DNA of 49,003 bases, from NCBI GenBank assembly GCA_032718475.1, contig JAUCBJ010002603.1:1-49003 (forward strand), read 5' to 3'. The notes under the pieces are model-generated. The model was not told the origin of the DNA. It worked only from the letters and a program-made list of their open reading frames with translations, and ran no database searches. Origin of the DNA: Nemertoderma westbladi (taxonomy: Eukaryota > Animalia > Xenacoelomorpha). Below are positions 21,873 through 33,283 of the stretch, piece after piece. Both the position numbers and the translations under genes were made by a program. Within the stretch, counting starts at the first letter, position 1. Each line of letters starts with the position of its first letter.

Positions 21873-24075
21873 ATTATTAGTGCTAATAGGACTTTAATAG
21901 CGCTATTAGTAATTAAATAATAAATAATACCATCTCATCACTATAGCTCTATCACTATTTCTAGAATTCAAGTTTGAGTATTAAATATTAATTGTAAAAA
22001 ATAATAAAGGCCCACAAGTAGTCCATTCAATCTAGGAAAAGGAGGGGAAAACGTGTAAACAAAAACTAATTCGCTAAAACTAAACTCCTTAACTTAAAAC
22101 TAAAACTTTTATAATAGTCCGGCAGCCGCAATGGTATACCGAAAATTTTTGGACGGATTCATTTTTTTTGATGTTTTGAGTTCTATGGGTCCCACTTATT
22201 GAGGAAATGGCGATTTTAAAATTTTTGACTTTGGGCATTTTGAAATAACAACCTAGTTGCTAAGGACCACGTAATTCTAATTTAAAGCATAGCAACTGCA
22301 AACAGCATGTCATAATGGATTGAAATCTTCTACAAAGTCAATATAGTTCATTTACGAAATAATGACAATCTTTTTTGTCTGATGTTTAGATCCTGTTGCT
22401 ATGGAGACGGCATTCAAGTTTAGTGTTTCGATTTCAAACGCCTTTAATTATACCATTAGTTACAAAATATGCACCAAAGTTAGTTAAATTGTGTTAATTT
22501 TATTATCGTGGCTTTTCTGTAACTTTAGACAAGGTTAAGAATCTAAATTGGGCTGATATTTATTTCCTAACCTGACATGTTTGAGTGTTAACATAATTAT
22601 TAAAGACAACAAATTTCAGCGATTATAACATTTAGCTGACGTTTCTACGGTAACTATATTTGTTATTTCCAGTTTAGCTCCTTTCTACTGTATTGTGCAT
22701 CTTATTTTATTGTCCCCGTATTCATAAATCGATACCGTAAGGGATAGTACAGATAAAGTGCATAAGTACCTTAGCAAAGTAGATTAGAGTGGATTCTACT
22801 GTACAGTATAGTATGTTCCTGCGTTACAATGTACGTTATAATAATATTTATAATATACCAAATTTTGAGTTGGGTACTACAGTACTTTTTCTTGGGTGAC
22901 CATTTCGATATGGAGAATTGGGTTTGGAATTCATAACTAATGATGATCATTAGTTATGATTATTAGTGTTCTAGAAAATTGATATAGTTGTAGTTTCTTA
23001 TACGGTAAGTCGAATTGTTCGTTTAATTGTCATCGACGTATGTTTTTTTTAATGTTTTTTTAATAATTAAAATGGTACTGTATGTTTGCTTAGTTCTCTA
23101 GAAATATAACAGTTGATGATAGCTAATCGAATTAGGAAGCCTAGCAATTACTGTAAAAAATTATAAAATGACTAGTTCGAACATTCATAAGATATTATGG
23201 GGGCCAACTGGAAAAAACAGTAACTATTGTATCTGGTAAAAGAAATAGCTAGTAAAATCTCAAAAATTGTTCATATTTAAAAGTCAACGGGCCGGTACTA
23301 GTTAACGGGTCAGGACTAGAGTCATCCGACTCCCCTACAGGTTGACCTCGGAGTTTACTTAGGTAATGCCAAGCAAACTACAGTATAAACGAATTTAAGT
23401 TCCATGAATTGTAAGAAATCCAGGCACTAACCCTTTCCAGCCCATGGCATATATCTATGCCACCACTAAATGCTCCATGGCATATATTTATGCCATGGTT
23501 ATCCTTTGAGATGTACGGCTTGTTTGTTTTGTAGAGCAGTACTAGGGATGTTCTGTGAGCTGTTGGAGCATTTCTAGGCAATATAATATGCTGCGCACCA
23601 ACTTTTGGCGGTAAATTCAAACCTATTTAGACCTTATTAGAGTGTTGTATTGATACTGCAGTTCAGTACAATTGTACATTCAAGGCTTTATACGACTTGT
23701 TATACATCAGTATTCCCCTTACCCCCCCCCCCCCCCCCCCCCCCATACGTTTAGACAGTATCTAAGGTACCGAAGTCTGGATTCTGTTACTGGTAGGCTG
23801 TCTTATTGCACCAATAGATGTTTGTTTATTGTTTTGGTTACTGCCTACCGGTAAGTAACCTAGGTCAGTAGGTAGTAGGTACTAACCCTAAATAGTCCAT
23901 CCCTAAGTAGTAATATTTCCATTCAGCCATTATAATTTCGCTATAATTTCGGACTGTCGGACACTATTGTCACGCGAATATAACAATCCGGATATAGTCG
24001 TGTAGGATATACCGGTAGCCGACTACTGGACTAGACCTAACGCCCTAGTCAGCCAGTGTTGGAAATTGGCTGAGA

Positions 24076-24582
24076 ATGCCATACCCAGTACAGCAACGAA
24101 AACCACCCCATTCTTATGGTTTTTCGGGAGTGGATTCAGATGAAGACATAGACGAAGATGGTAGTGAGGCTGACACAGCTGGCAGTGACGACGACAGTGT
24201 TAGTGGTACCGGTGGTAGCGATGACGACGATGACCGCTTTATGCTCCCTGAATCCAATGTTTGGAAATCGATTGATCCAGACCAGGATCCATTTCAGCCT
24301 CACTGTTTCAATTCAACATCTAGCTGGCGGGGTGTGGATACAACAAATTTTGAAATTGGAGATTATGTTGATCTTTTCTTGACTGATAATTTAATTGACA
24401 TAATTGTAAAGTGCACCAATCAAAGAATCCACCAAGCGAACAAAGCAGCATTGGATTTAGCTACTACGTCCGGGAAGAAAGTTATACCTGTCAAAGATAT
24501 CGCAGCTTCTGAAATGCGACGATTTTTGGGAATTACATTTTTGATGGGTGTAATAAGAAAATGTACTTTGATAAATAAATAA
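24076..24582 (+). pseudogene. piggyBac transposase N-terminal fragment
   Basis: Acidic N-terminus, then YVDLFLTDNLIDIIVKCTN...EMRRFLGITFLMG; truncated before the catalytic aspartates. Confidence 0.88.
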
Positions 24583-24692
24583 ATAAATTGATAAATAAAA
24601 ATCAATAATTGATCAATCAATCAATAAATTTTGCTCAAAAATGTTTTTTTACTTGAAATTCAAATTCTACATAAAAATTTAAGTCAGAATAT

Positions 24693-26163
24693 GTGGCTGG
24701 TTGCGAGAAAAGGGACCTGGGGAAAAAATTTTCATTCTGAGAAAAACGCGTTTAAAGTTTGGCTCTTAAAATCGACTGTTTTCATTGGTTTATTGGTCGT
24801 TATTGGGGTGTTTGCATTGGTTTATTGGTCGTTATTGGGGTGTTTGCATTGGTTTATTGGTCGTTATTGGGTTTTATTAGAGCGAAATTCAAACTGAATT
24901 ATTTTAATAATAGTACTAAGTACTGTATACACTTGTTTTTTTAGATTATCGTAGAATATCTGTAGCCTATTCGGTTAGTAATTGTACAAACAAGTTAATA
25001 CACTAATAATTTAGAATTTATTATGGAAACTGAAGCAGAGTGGCTGAACCTATTAAATAATAGGGTTTTCAGGTCGCTGATCACGATAAAACTTGTTAAA
25101 ATATTTTTTGAAAAAGCAACCATAATTTTTTGTGGTATTTGGGTCCCCCAGTATGAAAAGTACAAGTAAAAAAATCTCAAAATAAAAAAATTTGTGTTTG
25201 ATTTGCTAATGCTGAACGTACGTGTTTTCGAGGTCGCTGATTACGATGAAATTAGTTATAAATATTCCTAGTAATGCAAACCCAATTTTGGTGCTATTCT
25301 AGTGCCCCAGAACGAAAATTACAAGTTGCACAAACTTATAAACTGTCAAATTATGCCTTTGGTTTGGTAATGCTGCTTCTATACTGGTTTTCAAGGTAGC
25401 TGATCACGATACAACACGTTACAAATCATTCGTGGTAACGCAACTGTCAATTTTGGTGCTTGTCTGGTGGGACGAAAATTACAAGTAGCAAACATTTCAA
25501 ATTGCAAAAAGCGAATTTGGTTGGATAATACGATATTTTTTAGTGTCATATTCGTGATCAGTGTCCCAGAACACCCATAATGTCCAAAATTCAGGTTGAT
25601 TTGGTAATGATTTTTGGTTATCAAACTTTTGCTACTTGTATTTTTCGTGCCGCACATTGACACATATCGAAAAAATTGTTTTAATTCGTGATCAGCATTC
25701 CAAAAAAACCATATGTTCATAAAATCAATTAAATTTTGTGGTGATTTTTCATTATCATATTTGCACTACGATTTTTTTCGTGCCCCATGGACCGCATTAA
25801 AATTACCAAAAATTTTCTAGAATGTTATATTTGAGTTCAATATTTGTGATCATTGTCCAAAAAAAAACGCTATAGCGCAAATATATTAATCTTAGTGAAT
25901 TATAAAAACATTTGAAAATTTTAGCACGAAAAATACCTGAGATGGATGCCAGAAATGGACCACATCAAAAAATTAACATTGGTTGCGAGAAAAGGGACCT
26001 GCGTTTTTAATTTTTTGTTTAAACACTCATAACTTTTTAACGAAAAGCGATATGAAAAAACTAGTTCGATATTCGGAAAGCCCACAAAATTCTGCATCTA
26101 ATAGGCCTAAAAACGCAAATTCGACCATGTGGTCCCCAGGTCCCTTTTCTCGCAACCAGCCAC
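24693..26163. mobile_element. Non-autonomous TIR element with ATAT flanks (Sola1-like; superfamily tentative)
   Basis: 31-bp TIR GTGGCTGGTTGCGAGAAAAGGGACCTGGGGA; ATAT on both sides; partial internal TIR copy at 25980. Confidence 0.75.
24783..24872 (+). repeat. 32-bp tandem repeat, about 3 copies (CATTGGTTTATTGGTCGTTATTGGGGTGTTTG)
   Basis: Directly visible in the sequence. Confidence 0.92.
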
Positions 26164-26398
26164 ATATGTAAAAATTATTTTTAATTATGAACTATTGTAC
26201 AAATCAATTATTTAATAAATAAATTGATCAAAATCAATAACTAATTTGAAAAAAATTAAAAATCATCCAGAAATTCGGAATCTACAGATAATTTTGTGTA
26301 AGAAAAGTAAAATGGACATTTCTGAATAAAACTTTCAATTTTTCAAATTTTACGGAGCATTGGCCCACACTTATTTTAAAGCACTGGGCTGGAAAGGG

Positions 26399-27373
26399 CT
26401 AGTGTGTTATAGCTACACCCCCCTCCAAATTTGTATTACTAGCTAGTTTTTGCTATTTCTTTTTTTTGAAATGTTCTAGAACATGAAATACATTTGAAAA
26501 AAAATAATAAAATGTTCTAGAACAAATATTTTTTGTTCTAGAACAATATTTAAAAAAATTAAAAAAATTAATATACTATTTTTCTACTTTAATAATGTTC
26601 TAGAACATGTTAGCTATTCAGAACTAGAAAAAAAAAAGTTCTAGAACAAATAGTTTTTGTTCTAGAACAGTTAAAAAAAATGAAATTTTTTTTTAATTTT
26701 ATTTAGAATTTGTTTCATATAATTTTTAATCGTTGCTGGCAAGATGGGTTTTGGGGGGGGGGTTAGCTAGTATTTTTTAAATAGCTAATTAAAAATAAAA
26801 ATTCACTGTATTGAGGTCATTATATTCAGAAATTAATGATAGTTACATAGATAAATTAATGATTTAAACATAAAAGTCATGTAACTAATAAGTAATGTAC
26901 GTAAGTATGTATGTAAGTATGTATGTAAGTTACGTGCTTTAGTAATGTAACGCGTGTTTGAGCATCACAACCTATTTTCGAACATTGTCGGATTATCTTG
27001 TCATCATTGGATGGTAAAAGGCCAATTGACTGTGCGTAAAAAATTGAACTTTCCTCACACATTAAGTTCTTACACAATTCCACTATACCCAAATCAGTCA
27101 TTATTTACGTGTTAGCAATCACAAATTTTAGCTATAGAAATTATATTATTCTAGAAAATTCACTTTCCTTGACATCAAATAAAAAAAACTAACAAAAAAT
27201 AAAATTTGTATGATTTTTTAATTTTTTGTTCTAGAACAAAAAATATTTGTTCTAGAACATTTTATTATTTTTTTTCAAATGTATTTTATGTTCTAGAACA
27301 TTTCAAAAAAAAGAAATAGCAAAAACTAGCTAGTAATAAAAATTTGAGGGGGGGTGTAGCTATAACACACTAG
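26399..27373. mobile_element. Long-TIR element with repeated GTTCTAGAAC palindromes and a possible Merlin-like transposase stub
   Basis: Inverted arms of about 145 bp starting CTAGTGTGTTATAGCTACACCCCCC; minus-strand ORF 26877-27101 (ELCKNLMCEESSIFYAQSIGLLP..C..C) resembles a Merlin/IS1595 N-terminus. Confidence 0.7.
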
Positions 27374-27374
27374 T

Positions 27375-30300
27375 ACCGAAATCCACGCATTCCCTAGCTA
27401 TGCTAATAACCAAACCAAACAGGAATATTGAACCTACCTTATCACATGTGATGAAGCGGATCATTCTATACTGTGTTTGACCAAAAAGGAAATGTCAAAA
27501 GAACTAGATTATGACATAGATATCAAGAGTTATACTGGTATTTCAAACCCGGTAATGCCTTGCCATTAAAAGTTTTGGCGGGGTCTGCTATTGGTCAACA
27601 TCGAGCTAAACGTATTGACCATGAGTTCCTCAAAGATGTCACTATGTAATTTGGTATTTTCCTGTTCAGGACAGGACGATGGACTTACATTAGGGGGGAT
27701 GCATACATTAATGAGTTTCATTGGATCCATAGGAAGTTTAATGGTTGAAACCGGCCTCTCTGAAGTCTATCGTGTATATTTTGGCGGTGTTTCGAAGATG
27801 TTATCTGGGAAAAAGTTTCCACAGAACATGCGCGCTATGCGCCTTTTCGCAGATAAATATTCTGTATTTCTTCTATTATTACATTTTTATCTGAGGGAAA
27901 TTACAGGTATAACCAATTCAATTTTCGTAAAGTCCCCATTAAAAACCGTACCGCAGTAATAGACGTGGGAGAAACAGTAAATGCATCGCGGTATCATAGG
28001 AAATCTTTTTGGAGGCCATGCATTAAAACAGTAACAGTTAGGTCTATGAAAAATTACAGCAAGGAACGCTTTTTAAGTTTGTTAGTTAATTCTGACTGGG
28101 AACCCTGTTTTAAGGCCGCTGACATTAACCTTGCGTACACTGTTTTTAAAGATATATTTTTAAAGGCACTTAATACTGTAGCACCAATTAAAGAAATTAG
28201 TCTTAAACAACGCACTGAGCCCTGGATGACCTCGGGTATTCTTAGTAATATCAGAGAAAGAGATAACTATTTGTATAAATTTAGGAAATACCGTGTTTTA
28301 GCTGATTATAATAATTACTGCAAATATAGAAACCTTGTCCAACGGGAAATAAAAAAAGCTAAATCTGAATATTTGTACAACTAAATAAGTGAGAATAAAG
28401 ATAATCCTAAAAGTCTATGGTCTACCCTAAAATCTTTAGGTTATAAAAACCTTAAATCTAAATCGAATATTGTTCTGCAAGATAACGGTGAGCTGATTCA
28501 TGATCATACTCTAGTTAGTAATTTATTTAATAATTATTTTACTAATGTTGCCTCTAATTTAGTTAAGAAATTACCGTTATCAAGTAATAAATATAGTATA
28601 GGGTCCGAAACTCTAAATAATTTTTATTTAGAAAAGTTACAAAATTCAGAAAAGTTATTTTTAAAACCCGTTTCTGAGGATTTCGTTTTTAAAAATCTAC
28701 TTAGCCTATCAGCCTCAAAAAGTACCGGTCTAGACCTAATACCTGCCCGTTTTCTTAAGGATGGTGCTTAAGTACTTAAAGTGCCTATTACTTTTATTAT
28801 TAATTACTCTATCGTAGATAATGTAGTACCAGACGAACTGAAATTAGCTAAGGTTGTTCCTCTGTATAAAAAGAATAGTAAAGTAGAACCCTGTAATTAC
28901 AGACCTGTTAGTATCTTAAGTATTGTATCTAAAATTCTAGAACGTTCTGTTTTTCTACAGCTGGAGGCACATCTTAGTAGGCTAAATCTGATCTATGAAC
29001 TTCAGTCCGGTTTTCGTAAATCATATTCTACAGACACCTGCCTTATTAACTTAACTGATACAATTAGATGTAATAACGCAAAGGGTTTATATACTGGTAT
29101 GGTAATGTTGGACCTACAAAAGGCTTTCGATACTGTAGATCACGAAATTCTGCTTGGTAAGTTAGGTCTGATGGGTGTAGGTTCTATAGACTGGTTCAAG
29201 TCCTACCTGGCAGACAGAGGTCAAACTGTAGTCATTAGCAAATCGCTGTCTACTGTACAAGAGATTACCTGTGGTGTACCGCAAGGTAGTATATTAGGTC
29301 CTCTGCTTTTTGTATGCTATGTAAATGATATGATAAGTAGTATAGATCCCGATTTTAAACTCATTTTATATGCCGACGACAGTGCTCTTATTTTCTCTCA
29401 TAAAGATCCTATCCATATTTCCCAAAAGTTAAGTGCAGTTCTAGAATCCTGTAATGAGTGGTTGGTTGATAATAAGCTATCCATTCACTACGGTAAAACT
29501 GAAAGTATTTTGTTTGGTTCCAAAAGAAAGTTAAAGAAAGTAACTAAGTTTGAAGTCACTAGTAATGGACATAAGATTGAAAATAAAAAGGAAGTTAAAT
29601 ATTTAGGCGCCACATTGGATAACTGCTTATCAGGAGAAAGTACAGTGAAAAATATTTTCTCGAAAGTTAACAGTAGGCTTAGGTTTCTATACAGAAATAA
29701 AAATAGTTTGAACACCGACTCCCGCAAGTTACTTTGCTCTTCTTTAATACAGTGTCACATGGACTATGCGTGCTCTTCTTGGTATGAAGGCTTAACCAAA
29801 CAGCTTAAATGTAAATTACAAGTAGCTCAGAATAAAGTAGTACGATTTATTAAAGACTACAAACCTAGGCACCACCTAACTCCAGATGACTTTTCTGAAT
29901 CTGGACTACTTAACTTAGATAGTAGAGTTAAGCAGCTACGCCTTAACCATGTGCATAAAGTGTATAATGGTAAATGTCCCAATTACCTAAAACAAAAATT
30001 CAACAGAGTACGCGATACACACTCTTACAGTACCAGAGCTAGTGCTTCAAACTTCTACCTCCCGAATTGTAAATCCTTTGAATCTGATACTTTCTTTTTT
30101 AACGGCATAAAAAATTGGAACGCTCTGCCAAATGAAATTAAAAACCTAAATAATCAACATTCTTTTAAATCTGCAGTTAAATCTCATCTCCGTGTGCAAT
30201 GTAAAAATAGGTACAATAGTCCTACAGTAAGTTATTAGTTTATTAATTATTTACTATTTATATACTGAATTACGTTTTATAATAAATTGTTCTGTACATT

Positions 30301-31170
30301 ACATCTTTATCGTTGAGTCGGGCATTGTCACGCTCTCGGTAAAGTTGTACATGTACATAGTGTAATTACGTTTTATATTGGTTTTAGGTTAGCGTAGTGT
30401 AATATTGTATTTGTAACCAAGTAACATAAAGGACCCCCTTGGAAATAAGCTGCAAAGCTTTAGGGGTAATCCTATATGTTATGTTGGACAATACCTTTAT
30501 ACCGGTACATTGTTTGGTGTATTTGTTATTGTTTTTACATAATGTATAAATAAATCTATCTATCTATCTATCTATCATTACCCGAGTGTGACATGGTTGC
30601 AAGTATGTTTAGGATTGGCAAAGCGAAAGTCATCAAGGCTTTGGATAAAGGACTCACTCTTACTTGTTTGGGAGATATGGAAGCACCGCAATCTACAGTC
30701 TTAATGGAATGTACTAACTTTATAACTGACTGGCGTGACTGCTATGGATATGACTCAGACAACATGACCCAGTCACGACAAAAGTGTGCACAGAAAAAAC
30801 AATTACCAGCTGTGCAAAGCTGCAAACAATACCACCAACCACTGACTCCTTCGTCAGAGAACGTGAAAAGGGCCCATTTGAAAGTAATGGTGTGGAAGAA
30901 CACAATGGAGAACACAGTTAGACCACCTAGTGTAGACCCCAGAGAATATGGGTGGAGAATAGCTAACAATCAACTTTCCCCGATTGCAATCCCTGAGGGC
31001 ATACCACCAGCTCCGGAATGCATTTTGCAATTAATTCGGTGTACCTGTTCAGTTCATCCAAAATCCCATGTAAATCGCAGAAGTGCACCTGCAGAAAAAA
31101 CCAACCTGATTTCACAGAATTTTGCAACTGCACTAAAGATTAATGCGCAAACTTTTCGTAATTTCATATT
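27375..31170 (+). pseudogene. Academ transposase fragments (27375-28025 and 30581-31170), split by a LINE
   Basis: LGGMHTLMSFIGSIG..GGVSKMLSGKKFPQN; VFLLLLHFY; GGHAL|PECDMVASMFRIGK rejoined across the LINE; NVKRAHL..WK..DPREYGW..PAPECILQLIRCTC. Confidence 0.8.
28026..30575 (+). mobile_element. 5'-truncated CR1/L2-group LINE; ORF2 remnant 28026-30238 with two in-frame stops
   Basis: [47 protein letters not shown]; AATAAA followed by a (TCTA)n tail; candidate TSD CATTA (28021-28025, 30576-30580). Confidence 0.94.
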
Positions 31171-32082
31171 GTATTATAATCAAACAATGAATAATATAAA
31201 ATGCATAGTCTCCATGTTCGCCATGCATTAAATACATTTTGTATATTTAGAATTAAAAAAGTGTAATAAACAAGCAGGAGACAAATTATTTATATATACA
31301 TTTTAAGGTAATAAATTTCTGTCAAGGTTTTAAATGCTTCAGATGTGATGTCCGCAATAAATTACTGTGGTTTCCATGAATACGGGTATTTGTTGCTAAC
31401 CATACTTCTACACAAAATTGATGTGGTGCATATTAATTAGGGAAACATATTATTAATAAAGTGCACAAACGAAACAAAAAACACATGAGTGTCAGTAGGT
31501 ATAGTAGTTTTTCATTTGGAAAGATAGAGCGATAGTTGTAGTGCCTTCGTTACCATAGCAACACTTCAATAGTTTCTCTAAAATTTTCATATTTTCGATC
31601 AAAATTACAACCACTTCAAGCCCACCAGTTAATCGCCATTCTGATCGCTAAGCTTTCATATAAATTGCTGTAGTCCATAGAAACGGGTCATTAATAAAAA
31701 TTGCCCAAGGTGTCAAAGTCCATAAATCACTTTTTTATGTTAAGAGGGACCCCTAGAAACCAAAACATCCAAAAAATGTATTCCGTCCAAAAATTTTCGG
31801 TTAGGCCAAAAAGAGGTACGTGGCTGCCGGACTATAACGCAATGACAGAGATATACTTTTGCGTTTATAAATTGATTTATTTATTTACATAATTTCATAC
31901 AAATTATATGTACTGTATGTATTACGGTCCTACAGTATTCGATCTGCGTTCGAGCATAGAAATTTTTCTGTCACTAAAATTTATGATAGGAAGGAAATAT
32001 ATTTTGGGTCTTATGCTAGATTGACTTGCCTAAATATACGACTGAGACTCTCATTATACTACATACTAACTTAGACATTACG

Positions 32083-32169
32083 ATGGCGAAAAGAAATAGA
32101 AAGCCAGCATGGAATGATAAAGAACGAGCCTGTCTAGAGGAATGCGTTAGACCACCCACGCGTCAATAA
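32083..32169 (+). pseudogene. Myb/SANT-like N-terminal stub (Harbinger DNA-binding ORF)
   Basis: MAKRNRKPAWNDKERACLEECV, then truncated. Confidence 0.6.
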
Positions 32170-32225
32170 ATAATATAATAAAAGTAAAAAATTGAATTAA
32201 TAAATAAATATTAATTATGTATTAA

Positions 32226-32399
32226 TTAATCATATCTCTTAAAAGCGTCGCGAATGATATCTGAAATGTCTATAATAGCTGATTTATCAAACCGAAACCT
32301 TTGGATAAGTTCCTTGTCGCTGAAAACCTCAAATGGGTTGTCTTTACTTCTTAATACGCGCTCACGATTTAACTGCATTTGCGTTATGTTGTCAAGCAT
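32226..32399 (-). pseudogene. Harbinger transposase N-terminal stub
   Basis: MLDNITQMQLNRERVLRSKDNPFEVFSDKELIQRFRFDKSAIIDISDII fits the R.R..R...NP....D..L..RFRF pattern. Confidence 0.75.
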
Positions 32400-33091
32400 C
32401 TAAGATACCGAAATAAAAACATTAAATAATACGAAATAATATATTTCTAGAATCTAATTAGGGTAATATATCGCCATGGAGGCAACCCTCTACGTTTTTT
32501 GGACTTCGTAGCTTTAAGTCACTTTTAATGATCATTAGAATTTCTAATATTGGTTCTTCTAGTATAGTATGATTATTCTAGAATATATTTGACATTAAAC
32601 ATTGATATATTCATTGTTCTAGAATAAATGTGGCCACAAAAATGACACGATATTAATGATGTTATGGTACAAAAATATATAATGCATTATTGTTATAGCC
32701 TTTAATAGCAACTAAAAGGTGCTTCGAAGTAACTTTTAACCCCTATTAGTGGTTCCATAGAAAATAGTTGTCTTACTAAAAGCGCTTTTAGCAGACTAAA
32801 AGTGCTTTTATGTTAAAAGGGTGTCAAGCAACCTTATTAAGCTAAAAGCGTTATTTAAAGTTATTTAAAAGCGCTTTTAACTAATAGGGGTTAAGTAGGG
32901 CGTCCAGCAACCCACCCCAGGAAGCTGGCTATAAGGAAACCGTGTACAGACAAACAAAACTTATTAAAGCATTTCGCTTTATATTGAATTAGCTAGAAGG
33001 TGCATGTGAAAGTGAAAGTGAAAGTTTTTTGTCGAAAGATTTACTTTTTTGTCCAAAATGATTGCTTGGTACCTAAAACAAATATTATGCT

Positions 33092-33237
33092 ATTACGTTA
33101 CGGTTTACGGTAAAAATATACAGTAAAATTACGTTACGGTATTGAAAACGGTATTACGTTACGGTTTACATTACGGAAAAATATTGAGCTACGGTATTCC
33201 TGAAAAGATACCGTAACGTAACGTAATAACATCCTTG
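33092..33237. repeat. TTACGTTACGGT-rich repeat, probable end of a hAT-type MITE
   Basis: Repeated (CG)TTACGG motifs in both orientations, ending AACATCCTTG; no partner end found. Confidence 0.45.
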
Positions 33238-33283
33238 CCTTTGGGGTTTCGTTCTTATCAAATGTAATTTAAACCGAATAAAA

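Larger units (their letters stand above)
23431..26398 (+). mobile_element. piggyBac deletion derivative
   Basis: TIR CCCTTTCCAGCCCA / TGGGCTGGAAAGGG; flanks CTAA and CTAG; carries a piggyBac transposase N-terminus. Confidence 0.85.
22115..31834 (+). mobile_element. Academ (AcademX-type) DNA transposon, internally deleted
   Basis: TAG...CTA termini (TAGTCCGGCAGCC) with longer imperfect TIRs; 3-bp TSD TAA; internal transposase, XPG-like and Cys-rich fragments. Confidence 0.82.
21533..32917. mobile_element. PIF/Harbinger deletion derivative hosting nested insertions
   Basis: Perfect 18-bp TIR GGGTGGGTTGCTGGACGC; 3-bp TSD CAG (21530-21532, 32918-32920); subterminal GCTATTAG/CTAATAG repeats; Myb/SANT-like and transposase N-terminal stubs inside. 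Confidence 0.88.

Noticed and set aside
23425-26404. CACTA-type termini (CACTAA...CTAGTG)
   Set aside because: The internal ORF is piggyBac and the CCC...GGG ends fit piggyBac; the right-hand CTAGTG belongs to the adjacent element.
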